The notes: generated by a model not told the origin, from the letters alone. A stretch of 32,000 nt of DNA from Nonlabens ponticola (GCF_003966335.1 NZ_CP034549.1:2520001-2552000); one strand, 5' to 3'. Counted from the stretch's first letter, positions 15,451 to 25,112 are shown. Made by a program: numbers and translations.

Positions 15451-17973
15451 TTAATCAATTGATTTTGTTCTGAGTCTAAGTGCGTTTGCTATTACAGAAA
15501 CCGAACTAAAACTCATAGCCAGTGCTGCAATCATAGGCGATAATAGAATTCCGAAAAATGGAAATAATACTCCTGCCGCAATCGGTACACCCAGCGTGTT
15601 GTATATCATAGCAAAAAATAGATTTTGCTTGATGTTCCGCATTACTTTGTGGCTTAGGTTTCTTGCTTTTACGATACCGTGCAAATCGCCCTTTACCAAG
15701 GTTATCATCGCACTTTCAATAGCCACATCTGTTCCTGTACCCATTGCGATACCCACATCACTTTTAGCCAGAGCAGGTGCGTCGTTTATACCATCGCCTG
15801 CCATCGCTACTACTTTACCTTGCTCTTGTAGTTTCTTTACCTCGTCCAGTTTGTTTTCAGGTAACATTCCTGCTTTGAAGTCGGCGAGATTGAGTTCGCT
15901 CGCCACAGCTTGGGCGGTGTCGTGATTATCTCCTGTGAGCATTATTACTTCAATGCCTTTGTCCTGTAATTCTTTGATTGCCTTAGCACTCGTTTCTTTT
16001 ATTTTATCGCCTATGACCACGTAGCCTGAAACTTCGCCATCAATGGATAAGTAGGAAACCGTTTTTCCCTGTTTCTGAAAGGATTGTGCTTCGGTTTCCA
16101 TTTCAGGTGATAGCTTGGCATTTGCATTCTCCATCATTTTGGCATTTCCCAAATCGAGCTTCTTGCCATCAACTGTTCCTTCTACGCCTTTTCCGGTTAC
16201 TGCGCTAAAGTTTTCGGTTTTTGATATTTCGACCTTCTGCTCCTTTCCATATTTCACGGTGGCTTCGGCAAGTGGATGCTCGCTGGAACTGTTTAGGGAT
16301 GCGATAAGATGTAGAATTTCGCTTTCGCGAAAGCGAGATTCATCAAACGACCCAATTTTCTCAACCGTTGGTTTCCCTTCCGTAATGGTTCCTGTTTTAT
16401 CAACGATAAGGGTGTCCACTTTGTCCATTTTCTCTAAGGCTTCGGCATTCTTAATTAGGACACCATTTTGGGCACCTTTACCAACACCTACCATAACGGA
16501 CATCGGTGTTGCCAATCCCAATGCACAAGGACAGGCTATAATCAATACGGCAATGGCATTTACAAGAGCAAATACATAAGCTGGTTCTGGTCCCCAAATC
16601 GCCCAGACAATGAAAGTGATGACCGCAATGATAACCACGACAGGTACGAAATAGCCTGAAACCGTATCTGCCAATTTCTGAATAGGGGCACGACTGCGAC
16701 TGGCATCGTTTACCATATGTATGATTTGGGAAAGCAAGGTGTCGCTACCTACTTTTTCGGCCTCCATCAAAAAAGATTGATTCCCGTTAATGGTACCGCT
16801 ACTTACCTTATCATCAACAGATTTGTTAACTGGGATAGGCTCTCCCGAAATCATTGATTCATCCACCGTAGTTTCTCCTTCGGTAATTTTGCCATCCACA
16901 GGAATCTTATCTCCTGGCTTTACTCGTAGGATATCTCCTTTTTCAATCTGGTCGATGGAAACTTCTTCTTCGTTTCCATCCACTACGCGTACTGCTTTGT
17001 TAGGTGCAAGCTTTAATAATTCTTTCACTGCTGAATTGGTTTTACTATGTGCACGGGCTTCTAAAACTTGACCCATCAATACCAGCGTTAGAATAACAGT
17101 AGCGGCTTCAAAATACACGTGAACCGCACCGGATTCTGTTTTAAATTGTTCCGGAAAAAAGTCTGGAAACAACATCCCAAAAACACTAAAGAGCCAAGCC
17201 ACGCCCGCACCTATACCGATTAGTGTGAACATATTTAGATTCCACGTTTTAATACTTCGATAAGCACGTTCAAAGAACATCCAAGTGGCATAGAACACCA
17301 CAGGAATCGACAAGCCAAATTGAATCCAGTTCCACCATTTCTGTTCCATTACATCGTATAGCGGATTGTTTGGAATCATCTCACTCATAGCGATTAGGAA
17401 AATAGGAAGCGTAAAGGCTACTGCTATCCAGAATTTCTTAATCAGCTTATTATATGTTTTTTCTTCGGCAGATAAATCAGGTTCCATCGGCACTAAATCC
17501 ATTCCGCAAATAGGACAGCTTCCCGGTTCGTCCTTTACGATTTCAGGATGCATTGGGCAGGTCCACTGTTCAGTAGTAGTTGTAGCTGACAAATTTTGCT
17601 CTTCGACCAAATCCATTCCACAAACAGGACAATCGCCTGGTTTGTCATAGGTTTTATCGCCCTCGCAGTGCATTGGGCAATAAAACGTTCCCGTTCCCTT
17701 GCCTTCTGGTTTCGCTTTTTTCGGTTTTGCTGAAGCGGAATCATCATCGTGATAATGTTCGCCTGATTTGTGGATGCTATACGAACCACCATCTTGCTTT
17801 AGAGCTTTTTGAAATGTTTCGATAGAAATATGAGATTCCATTTCGATGGTCGCCTCTTCTTTCTCTAAATTAACCGAAGCGTTAGTCACACCTTCCACTT
17901 TAGAAAGTGTTTGCTCAACGTGATTGCGACAACCGTTGCAGGTCATTCCTTGTATGTGGTATGTGTGTTTCAT
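15451..17973 (-). CDS. copA: Copper-translocating P1B-1 ATPase with one HMA domain and two HMBD modules
   Basis: Motifs present: GMTCNGC, FYCPMH...CPVCGMDLV, WTCPMHPE...CPICGMDLV, CPCALGLATP, DKTGTIT, GDGINDAP, YNTLGVP and MSFSS. Start is taken at ATG 17973, because the ORF-track start at 18027 overlaps the permease. Confidence 0.95.
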   Translation of the reverse strand: MKHTYHIQGMTCNGCRNHVEQTLSKVEGVTNASVNLEKEEATIEMESHISIETFQKALKQDGGSYSIHKSGEHYHDDDSASAKPKKAKPEGKGTGTFYCPMHCEGDKTYDKPGDCPVCGMDLVEEQNLSATTTTEQWTCPMHPEIVKDEPGSCPICGMDLVPMEPDLSAEEKTYNKLIKKFWIAVAFTLPIFLIAMSEMIPNNPLYDVMEQKWWNWIQFGLSIPVVFYATWMFFERAYRSIKTWNLNMFTLIGIGAGVAWLFSVFGMLFPDFFPEQFKTESGAVHVYFEAATVILTLVLMGQVLEARAHSKTNSAVKELLKLAPNKAVRVVDGNEEEVSIDQIEKGDILRVKPGDKIPVDGKITEGETTVDESMISGEPIPVNKSVDDKVSSGTINGNQSFLMEAEKVGSDTLLSQIIHMVNDASRSRAPIQKLADTVSGYFVPVVVIIAVITFIVWAIWGPEPAYVFALVNAIAVLIIACPCALGLATPMSVMVGVGKGAQNGVLIKNAEALEKMDKVDTLIVDKTGTITEGKPTVEKIGSFDESRFRESEILHLIASLNSSSEHPLAEATVKYGKEQKVEISKTENFSAVTGKGVEGTVDGKKLDLGNAKMMENANAKLSPEMETEAQSFQKQGKTVSYLSIDGEVSGYVVIGDKIKETSAKAIKELQDKGIEVIMLTGDNHDTAQAVASELNLADFKAGMLPENKLDEVKKLQEQGKVVAMAGDGINDAPALAKSDVGIAMGTGTDVAIESAMITLVKGDLHGIVKARNLSHKVMRNIKQNLFFAMIYNTLGVPIAAGVLFPFFGILLSPMIAALAMSFSSVSVIANALRLRTKSID
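16319..16336. repeat. Iterated palindrome copy 5 (18-bp perfect TCGCTTTCGCGAAAGCGA)
   Basis: Read directly. It lies inside copA, encoding S-R-F-R-E-S-E (second reading frame of the palindrome). Confidence 0.97.
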
Positions 17974-17975
17974 TT

Positions 17976-19211
17976 TTATCGAATTATGAATTTTATAATC
18001 AAACCTCCTGCAAGCCATACATAACAAATGAATGCTGCATATTTCAAAATCTTTTCAAGCAAGGGGCTTTTGGGCGCCATCTCGCTCATAGAATGCTCAA
18101 CGTCTTTTCGCTTGAAGAACCCCAGATAGATTAAGTAACCCGATATGGCCAAGAAGGCTATATTCAAAAAGAAAGTGTAGTTTATTTTGAAATGGTCCTT
18201 ATCTTGAATATTGACTTGCGAAGGGTCTGGCATTAAATCAAGAAAATTAAAACCATAATGAAGTATTAATGATGCCGATATAAGAGCCGTAAAGAGTAAG
18301 AACAAAATGAAAAGTGACATTTTCCAGCCATAATATTTGGCATTTATACGTAATACGGGAAACACAACTAAATCACTGAAAATAAATGCCATTACGCCAG
18401 CAAAACTTACACCCTTGCCGAAGAGTAAGGCGGCCAGCGGAATATTGCCCATACTTCCTATAAAAGTTAAAAATGCTGCGATAGGCCCCACTATGATATG
18501 TTCAAGAATTTCTAAGAAGGTAAATTCATTAGTACCCTTGCCGCTATTGATGAATAAGGTTTCAAAGAATGCATCTGGGACGAATGCCGCCGTAATCCCT
18601 GCAATGGTGAATCCAACAGTTACGTCCTTCCAAACCATTGACCATTCCATTTTGTATTTTCTAGCAACTTTAGCCCAGTTTGTTTCTTTTTTTATCTCTG
18701 ATTTCCAATCGTCATCTTGACCTTTGCTCTCGTCATTTTCGTTGCCATCATCTTTGAGATTCTTGCGTGCCTTTTCTATTAATTTTTTAGGATTTATTAT
18801 TCGAATCAGTAACCAACTGACCAATATCAACAGAATACCACCTAAGTATTCGCCTACTACAAATTGCCAGCCCAAAAAGATTGAAATAAGAATGCCCAAT
18901 TCGATAACCAAGTTGGTGGAAGCCAATAGAAATGCAATCGATGAGACGAAACTGGCACCTTTCTTAAAGATTGATTTCGTACCAGCTAGCGCCGAGAAGC
19001 TGCAAGAACTACTGATAAAACCAAAGAAGGTACCCAGCAATATGCTCTTGCCTTCATTCTTACCCATTGCTTCTTGCATTTTTTGCCTAGTTACAAAAAC
19101 TTGAATCATACTGCTGATTATATAACCAACTACAAAAGCCCATAGAGCTGTCCAGAAAAATCCTACTGAGGTAAAGGCTGCTTCTGCCCAGGATTTTAAA
19201 AAATCATTCAT
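17976..19211 (-). CDS. Predicted permease (COG0701/ArsP-like two-module membrane protein)
   Basis: 411 aa with multiple TM helices in two halves, separated by an acidic loop (DDGNENDESKGQDDDW). Family assignment is from memory of similar permeases in metal clusters. Confidence 0.6.
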   Translation of the reverse strand: MNDFLKSWAEAAFTSVGFFWTALWAFVVGYIISSMIQVFVTRQKMQEAMGKNEGKSILLGTFFGFISSSCSFSALAGTKSIFKKGASFVSSIAFLLASTNLVIELGILISIFLGWQFVVGEYLGGILLILVSWLLIRIINPKKLIEKARKNLKDDGNENDESKGQDDDWKSEIKKETNWAKVARKYKMEWSMVWKDVTVGFTIAGITAAFVPDAFFETLFINSGKGTNEFTFLEILEHIIVGPIAAFLTFIGSMGNIPLAALLFGKGVSFAGVMAFIFSDLVVFPVLRINAKYYGWKMSLFILFLLFTALISASLILHYGFNFLDLMPDPSQVNIQDKDHFKINYTFFLNIAFLAISGYLIYLGFFKRKDVEHSMSEMAPKSPLLEKILKYAAFICYVWLAGGLIIKFIIR

Positions 19212-19791
19212 ATTTTTCTATTTTAATATTATTGATGTTAGCGATACCGAAAACCAAGACAAAAAACCGTAAAGCCACTTGCAGCATCACCAAGGTTTTG
19301 GCCACCATTGATACCGGAACGATATCCCCATATCCAACCGAGGAAAATGTAATTGTACTCAGGTACAAATACTCAAAGAGTATTTCTGATGTTGAGCTAA
19401 CGAGACCAGAACTATTCTTGAAATTCGTTTCATCATAAATGTGAAGGGCTGCATAGTCAGTTGCAAAGGACAAGAGTATCAATCCAATCAGTAAAGCAAA
19501 TAGTACGAGAATATGGCTCATTAAATGACTCTGCGCTATAATCTTCATCAACTGGTTAAACGAAAGCTTTACAATGAAATAGATTTTGACGATTGACAGA
19601 GCTAAAATCACATACTCAGACCAGCTATTATCTAACCTAGAAAAGAGCACAATATTTATCAGACCAGCTGCTATTACTACTGAAATAGTAAGCCAAGCTT
19701 TTCCGAAAAGTTGTTTGTAAAACGAATCTATCTTTTCCAATTTCTTTAATGCTTTTAATTTGTGCCTGACAAGGGAAGAGTTACTAACCAA
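19204..19791 (-). CDS. Two-TM/pore-loop ion channel protein with a K+-channel selectivity-filter-like motif
   Basis: TITFSSVGYGDIVP is flanked by hydrophobic helices. The only start for the full ORF is TTG at 19791. It overlaps the permease start by 8 nt. Confidence 0.65.
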   Translation of the reverse strand: MVSNSSLVRHKLKALKKLEKIDSFYKQLFGKAWLTISVVIAAGLINIVLFSRLDNSWSEYVILALSIVKIYFIVKLSFNQLMKIIAQSHLMSHILVLFALLIGLILLSFATDYAALHIYDETNFKNSSGLVSSTSEILFEYLYLSTITFSSVGYGDIVPVSMVAKTLVMLQVALRFFVLVFGIANINNIKIEKYE

Positions 19792-19821
19792 CCATCATAT
19801 TTCCCTTCCCATATCAGGACT

Positions 19822-20274
19822 TTATAAATCATCTTTTAATCGTTGTATATATTTTACCAATTTCGATTTCGCCATCGTGTCTAGTTTAGCATTTTGATGT
19901 ACTATTATATAGCTATTCATAGGCATTTCTCCACTTTCTACTTGTTTAATAATAGACCGTAACTTACTTCTCTTTCTCCTATCAGAATAATTACTCCACT
20001 CATTAAAATTCAGTTCTGCTTTTCCTTTTTTAATATGGTTTTCTAAAAACCAAGCTGCTGGCTGAATTTTACTATACCAAGGATAAGTAGTGTTATTACT
20101 GTGACAATCATAGCAGGACACCTTGAGTTGATTCTCAATATCTAACGGTACTTTATTAACCATCATAAAATCAGTTTCAAGTGTCGTATAGCTTTCATTT
20201 TCATCCACCGGAAAAAATTGAATAACGATTAACGCAATAAGCGCTACCCAAGCTATGATTTTTAGAAATTTCAT
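19822..20274 (-). CDS. Heme-binding (Haem_bd-type, CxxCH) domain protein
   Basis: CYDCHSNNTTYPWYSKIQPAAWFLENHIKKGKAELNFNEW, plus an N-terminal membrane anchor. Confidence 0.75.
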   Translation of the reverse strand: MKFLKIIAWVALIALIVIQFFPVDENESYTTLETDFMMVNKVPLDIENQLKVSCYDCHSNNTTYPWYSKIQPAAWFLENHIKKGKAELNFNEWSNYSDRRKRSKLRSIIKQVESGEMPMNSYIIVHQNAKLDTMAKSKLVKYIQRLKDDL

Positions 20275-20865
20275 TTAGTTTATTTCTCTCTGTACTTTAC
20301 CACATCTCAACATTGAACTACCGTAATACGGATTTAAAACATTTTCTTCTTTGCTCAACCAAGCTGTACCACCATCATACATAGGGCAATATTGCTCGTA
20401 CAGTTTTGTTGCTGTTCCTGTTATTGCTACCATATCTGTAATGTCTTTACTTAAAACTTTGAAATGCTCGCGTTGATGTTTGATGTCGCTTTCCGAAATG
20501 TGCTCTGCGTGTTCTGTTGCATCTTCGATTATGTCATTTAATTCTGATTTTTCATTGTCCGAATAGTTGGATGCATCAAATGCTTTTAGGGATTGAGCCA
20601 TTGTATTCCCCAATTCCTTTGCTTTACCATTGTCATCGTTTACAAGCGCATCTTTTAAGTTGAAATAATCATTCAGGATTGCTGCTGCTTTTGCATCCTT
20701 ATTGTCACTCATTGCCATATCGTCCTTGTCATTGATAGATTCTTGGTGCATCTCATTACTCATCGGCGCAGCAGCCTCTTCTTTGTTTCCGTCTTTACAG
20801 GAAACTGTTAAAATCATTGTGGCAGCCAGTGCCATTTTACCTATTGTTCTTTTTACTGTTTTCAT
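20275..20865 (-). CDS. DUF3347-domain lipoprotein
   Basis: Lipobox LTVSCKD. The C-terminus YCPMYDGGTAWLSKEENVLNPYYGSSMLRCGKV is paralogous to the C-terminus of the CusB-like protein. Confidence 0.7.
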   Translation of the reverse strand: MKTVKRTIGKMALAATMILTVSCKDGNKEEAAAPMSNEMHQESINDKDDMAMSDNKDAKAAAILNDYFNLKDALVNDDNGKAKELGNTMAQSLKAFDASNYSDNEKSELNDIIEDATEHAEHISESDIKHQREHFKVLSKDITDMVAITGTATKLYEQYCPMYDGGTAWLSKEENVLNPYYGSSMLRCGKVQREIN

Positions 20866-20897
20866 TTTGTATTGTATTTAGGTTAATAATTATTTTT

Positions 20898-23255
20898 TTA
20901 AAATCTAAATGATAGTCCACCACCTGCGCCAAAACGATTATCATAGCTTCCCATTATTGAAAAGTCTCGACTTAACACATATTCAAGTCCTACTTGCCAA
21001 GTAGTTTCTTCTTCAAAGTTGGTTCCTTCCTCAAAATCCGTAATCCAACCAAAATCCATCTGATATTCATATTCTCCGTAAAGGGCAATATGTCTGGTAA
21101 TCATAGTTGAAGTTGCAAATGATATCGTAGGTCTTAATTTGTTATCTATTCTTAAATCCGAATCGATAAGCATAGGCAACAAGTACCGTATTCCAACAAC
21201 ACCTGTTGTAGAAATCTCATCTAGACTGTCTTCCATTTCATTTTCTACATTTATTCCACCAAACACTCGGAAATAACTGTTAAGCCAACGCTCATAAGTA
21301 AACTCAGCTTCAATATTTTCATTCCATCCATATTCTCCACGTAGAGTAAATTGATTGCGAATGTTCGTAGCGGTATAATATAGTTCGGTAAGATGACTAG
21401 CTCCAGTCACCTCTCCCCAGGTCCATAAATGATTTGCTTCAGTAGTAAGGGTGGATAGTGGATGATTTTTTAATCTTTCATCTCGAGGCGTATCATAACT
21501 AAATACCCTACCCATACCGCTATTAATGTGATACAGAACGTGACAATGAAAAAACCAATCGCCATACTCGACGGCATCAAACTCTATGACCACTTTTTGC
21601 ATAGGTGCAACGTTAACAGTATGTTTAAAAGGCGAGTATTCTCCATTTTCATTGAGAACTCTAAAAAAATGACCGTGTAAGTGCATAGGATGGTGCATCA
21701 TCGTTAGGTTATTGAGCGTTATACGAACTACTTCGCCCTTTTCAATTTTAATCTTGTCAGTTTCAGAAAGTGGTACACCATTAATAGACCATACGTAGCG
21801 ATTCATATTTCCTGTTAGATTAAATAGCATTTCCTTTACAGGCTTATCACTTTTAAATTGAGTAGGTTGTTTTGCTTTGAGATAGTTATAATTAAACTCT
21901 GGATTGCTACCAGTCTTCATATTGCTACCTATTACCTTTTCCTGCGGCACCATGTAGCCCATTTTCATTCCGCCCATTTTGTCGCCACCATCCATCTTCA
22001 TCTTGTCGTCCATTGCCATACTATCTTTTTTCATATCCATAGCACCGTGATCCATCTTCATTTCATCTTTTTTCATAGACTGCATTCTATCCATCTTCAT
22101 TGCGTACTTTTTCATAATCGCAATAGAGTCATTACGAGACGGATTAAACTTGGCTGCTGGCGCTCCCATTTTCATATCCATTTCCATCATTTTTTGCATC
22201 ATTTTAATAAGGCCTGGCTTTGGAACTTCAGGTGCAGCAATAATATTTCCTGTTCCTAACAAAGCAGATGCTTTTCCAGAACCATCTTGTGACGTAGCAA
22301 GAATTTCAAGTTTGCCGCTATCTGGAATCGTCACTATAAAATCATAAGTTTCTGCAACACCTAAGAGTGTTTTGTTCATTTTAATTGGAACGACATCTAT
22401 ACCATCTGATGCGACTAGTAATGGGTCTTCTCCTGCAAACGTGAGCCAGAAGTAACTAGCAGCTGCCGCATTTACAAATCGTACTCTAACCTTTTCTCCA
22501 GGATTAAATTCAGGATAATCATTTGTAGGTTGACCATTGATTAAAAAATTGTCGTAGTAATTATCTAGAATAGCCATATCTGGCATTCTGTTCCACATCA
22601 TTTTTAGTTTAGCACCAGTTGCTCCACGAGCAATTACTTTATCCCAACTTTGGATTTGATTTTTTTTGATTAAGTACCATTCATTACCTCTTTTTAGATT
22701 ACGCAATTGTGTTTTAGGGTTTTCATCCATCCAGTCTGAGAGTACCAGAACAAGATCTTTGTCATATTCTAAATCTGTTTGTTTTGGATTAATTTGAATG
22801 CTTCCGTAAACGCCACGTTGTTCTTGTAAACCTGTGTGAGAGTGATACCAGTATGTTCCGGATTGTTTAAGAGCAAACTTATATTGAAAGGTCTCGCCTG
22901 GTTGTATAGGTGGCGTAGTAAGGTAAGGCACACCATCATAATAATTAGGCAGAATAAGGCCGTGCCAGTGTACCGATGTTTCAACATCCATTTGATTCGT
23001 CACATTAATAATGGCAAATTCACCTTCATTAAATTCTAAATTAGGACCTGGAATACCACCGTTTATTACCATTGCCTTCACGTCTTTACCCGTAATATTT
23101 ACAGTTTTATAATCTATAGTTAAATTGTAGATACGTTCTGGCCAGTTGTCTATGTTTTCCTCACTATTGTTAGCCACAAAAGAATAATTTGATGTTTGAG
23201 CCACTGCCATAATTGACATAAAGAGCGCTGTAATTAATATGATTTTTCCTTTCAT
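20898..23255 (-). CDS. Multicopper oxidase (CopA/PcoA-like) with a Met-rich tract, fused to a C-terminal CopB/PcoB-like beta-barrel domain
   Basis: MCO copper-ligand motifs: HWHGLILP, WYHSHTG, HPMHLHGHFF and HCHVLYHINSGM. The Met-rich region is at about 21950-22205 (MDMKMG...MKMDHGAMDMKKDSMAMDDKMKMDGG). The last ~190 aa have alternating beta-strand-like sequence ending in ...GGLSFRF. Confidence 0.88.
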   Translation of the reverse strand: MKGKIILITALFMSIMAVAQTSNYSFVANNSEENIDNWPERIYNLTIDYKTVNITGKDVKAMVINGGIPGPNLEFNEGEFAIINVTNQMDVETSVHWHGLILPNYYDGVPYLTTPPIQPGETFQYKFALKQSGTYWYHSHTGLQEQRGVYGSIQINPKQTDLEYDKDLVLVLSDWMDENPKTQLRNLKRGNEWYLIKKNQIQSWDKVIARGATGAKLKMMWNRMPDMAILDNYYDNFLINGQPTNDYPEFNPGEKVRVRFVNAAAASYFWLTFAGEDPLLVASDGIDVVPIKMNKTLLGVAETYDFIVTIPDSGKLEILATSQDGSGKASALLGTGNIIAAPEVPKPGLIKMMQKMMEMDMKMGAPAAKFNPSRNDSIAIMKKYAMKMDRMQSMKKDEMKMDHGAMDMKKDSMAMDDKMKMDGGDKMGGMKMGYMVPQEKVIGSNMKTGSNPEFNYNYLKAKQPTQFKSDKPVKEMLFNLTGNMNRYVWSINGVPLSETDKIKIEKGEVVRITLNNLTMMHHPMHLHGHFFRVLNENGEYSPFKHTVNVAPMQKVVIEFDAVEYGDWFFHCHVLYHINSGMGRVFSYDTPRDERLKNHPLSTLTTEANHLWTWGEVTGASHLTELYYTATNIRNQFTLRGEYGWNENIEAEFTYERWLNSYFRVFGGINVENEMEDSLDEISTTGVVGIRYLLPMLIDSDLRIDNKLRPTISFATSTMITRHIALYGEYEYQMDFGWITDFEEGTNFEEETTWQVGLEYVLSRDFSIMGSYDNRFGAGGGLSFRF

Positions 23256-23332
23256 AGTTTTCTTAACTTTTTTAATTCGTAAAGTTAGAAATGTTAAAAT
23301 CGTTTGATTTACGATATTTTGGATGATGTTTA

Positions 23333-23893
23333 TTAAATTTTGTCTAATGATTTCCTAAAATTCTTGTTCATATTTTTATACTCAGTTAAACTTTTTCCAG
23401 TATGTTTTTTGAACTGTGCACTCAGATTTCCAACGCTCGAATATCCTATGAGCTGGCTTATCTCTGTAAAATTGTATTGATTGGATTGAATTAGTTCCTT
23501 CACTTTTTCAATCTTAAGATTGATGAAATACTGTTCAATGGTTTTTCCAGTGGTATAAGAAAACACTTTTGATATTTTACTGTAATCAGTATTAAGAATA
23601 TCTGATAGATATTTTGAAAATACCTTGTTATCCTTAATAGGTAAGTCGTTCAATAGTTCTATGAGTTTATGCTTTATGTTTTCAGTTAAAATATCTTCCT
23701 GAGAAACTATAATTTCAAAATCATTTTGTTCTAGAACCTCATTTATAATTTTTAAATCCTTATTACCATTCTCTCGATAAGACATTTTACCTAGTTCAAC
23801 ATTTAGTATGTCGATACCATTTTCTTGCAACTCCGTGCGAACAACTTTTACGCAACGGCTACAGACCATATTTTTTATATATAAATTTTTCAT
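23333..23893 (-). CDS. AraC-family transcriptional regulator with an N-terminal HMA-like (MxCxxC) domain
   Basis: N-terminus IKNMVCSRCVKVV. C-terminal AraC HTH (EQYFINLKIEKVKELI...FTEISQLIGYSSVGNLSAQFKKHTGKSLTEYK). Confidence 0.8.
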   Translation of the reverse strand: MKNLYIKNMVCSRCVKVVRTELQENGIDILNVELGKMSYRENGNKDLKIINEVLEQNDFEIIVSQEDILTENIKHKLIELLNDLPIKDNKVFSKYLSDILNTDYSKISKVFSYTTGKTIEQYFINLKIEKVKELIQSNQYNFTEISQLIGYSSVGNLSAQFKKHTGKSLTEYKNMNKNFRKSLDKI

Positions 23894-23894
23894 T

Positions 23895-25112
23895 TTAGTT
23901 AGTCAAATAATTAATGATGGCTTGTTGAGTTAAATACGTCCGAACCGATTCTATCTGATTCATCTGAAATCTTAATTGCAGTTCCTGTATATCGAGCACA
24001 TCGTTAAAATCTATCGTTCCCGTTTCATAATTCTTGATTAGAATTTGCTCGGCATCTTTGGCCTGCTTTAAATTCTTACTCTGAGTATTAAATTTAATTC
24101 GGGCCTGATTGCGTTGGGATATCGCTTTCGCGAAAGCGGATTCCAAAACATTCAATCGTTGCTCTTTTTGAGTTTCGATTTCCTGTTGGCGTAGCTCATT
24201 TTGCCTTGAAATGGACTTGTACCTATTGTTAAAAATGGGAATGGAAACCGAAACCATAGGCATCAATACATCTTTTCCATTGTCTATAGGGTTCATATCG
24301 GTACGCTCGCTTACCGGTAGATAATCCACACCAAAGCCAACCATAGGTAGGCTCTCGCGTTGATTGAGCAATTCTGATTGTGCTACGGATTCGTACAATT
24401 TATCGTACTTGAGCAGTTCAGGATTGAGCGATAGTGCGTCTGTTCCGTATATGGGGTCATCCTCTGGAATTTCCATTATTGCAACTATTTCAACCGTGCT
24501 ATTTTCATCCCGATTTAGAAGATTATTGAAGGTTGTTTGTTCTGCGCCAAATTCCTCTTCCAATACCTCTCTTTGCTGCTGTAATTCATTTTGACGAATC
24601 TGTAATCGCAATACATCTACGGCAGATGCCTTGCCCACTTCTACCGAAGTCAGTGCAAGACGCTCATAAGTTTTTAATAGTTGGATGTTCTCGTCGAGTA
24701 CCTTTTGCTTTGCTCTTGTTTCATACAACCTGTAATAGGATTGCGCTACTGATAGCGCCAATTTTCGTTTGGCGATTGTGATTTCCACGTATTCAGCTTC
24801 GGCCATTGAAGTCGCATAATTTTCACGTGCGGTAACGGTACCAAACCAGGGCAACATCTGTTTTACGCCTATCCGTGCTCGTTGTGCGCCCACCCTTGTT
24901 TCTGGCTCACTTACAAAATAGCCTGCGCTTACTTCAGTATTGGGTAACCAGTTTGCTTCATTGACCTTTTCTTCGGCAATATTGTAGCGCAATTCAAAAG
25001 CCTGAATCTCTGGATTATTATTTTCTGCTTCATCAATATAGGATTGTAATTGTTGCGCTTTCGCGAAAGCGGAAATAAACAAAAGACAGATTATGATTTT
25101 TATATTTTTCAT
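23895..25112 (-). CDS. TolC-family outer-membrane efflux protein
   Basis: 405 aa with a signal peptide and two repeated coiled-coil/beta halves typical of outer-membrane factors. Its start overlaps the cusA stop (ATGA). Confidence 0.85.
   Translation of the reverse strand: MKNIKIIICLLFISAFAKAQQLQSYIDEAENNNPEIQAFELRYNIAEEKVNEANWLPNTEVSAGYFVSEPETRVGAQRARIGVKQMLPWFGTVTARENYATSMAEAEYVEITIAKRKLALSVAQSYYRLYETRAKQKVLDENIQLLKTYERLALTSVEVGKASAVDVLRLQIRQNELQQQREVLEEEFGAEQTTFNNLLNRDENSTVEIVAIMEIPEDDPIYGTDALSLNPELLKYDKLYESVAQSELLNQRESLPMVGFGVDYLPVSERTDMNPIDNGKDVLMPMVSVSIPIFNNRYKSISRQNELRQQEIETQKEQRLNVLESAFAKAISQRNQARIKFNTQSKNLKQAKDAEQILIKNYETGTIDFNDVLDIQELQLRFQMNQIESVRTYLTQQAIINYLTN
24123..24138. repeat. 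Iterated palindrome copy 6 (16-bp perfect)
   Basis: Read directly. It lies inside the TolC CDS, encoding S-A-F-A-K-A-I. Confidence 0.97.
25056..25071. repeat. Iterated palindrome copy 7 (16-bp perfect)
   Basis: Read directly. It lies in the TolC signal-peptide and cleavage region, encoding S-A-F-A-K-A-Q. Confidence 0.97.

Noticed and set aside
17974-18027. Longer start sites offered by the ORF track for copA (18027) and for the CzcB-like adaptor (6677)
   Set aside because: Both extensions overlap the upstream gene. The internal ATGs (17973 and 6647) start right at the HMA domain and at the lipoprotein signal peptide, respectively.
20461-20500. Sequence GTCGCTTTCCGAAATG, which resembles a decayed copy of the iterated palindrome
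   Set aside because: It matches only one arm and loses the CGCG centre, so it is too divergent to count.
21950-22205. Repetitive-looking DNA in the multicopper oxidase that might be mistaken for a tandem repeat or CRISPR-like array
   Set aside because: It is an in-frame Met/Asp/Lys-rich coding tract with ATG/GAT/AAA codon reiteration. It does not consist of regular repeat-spacer units.
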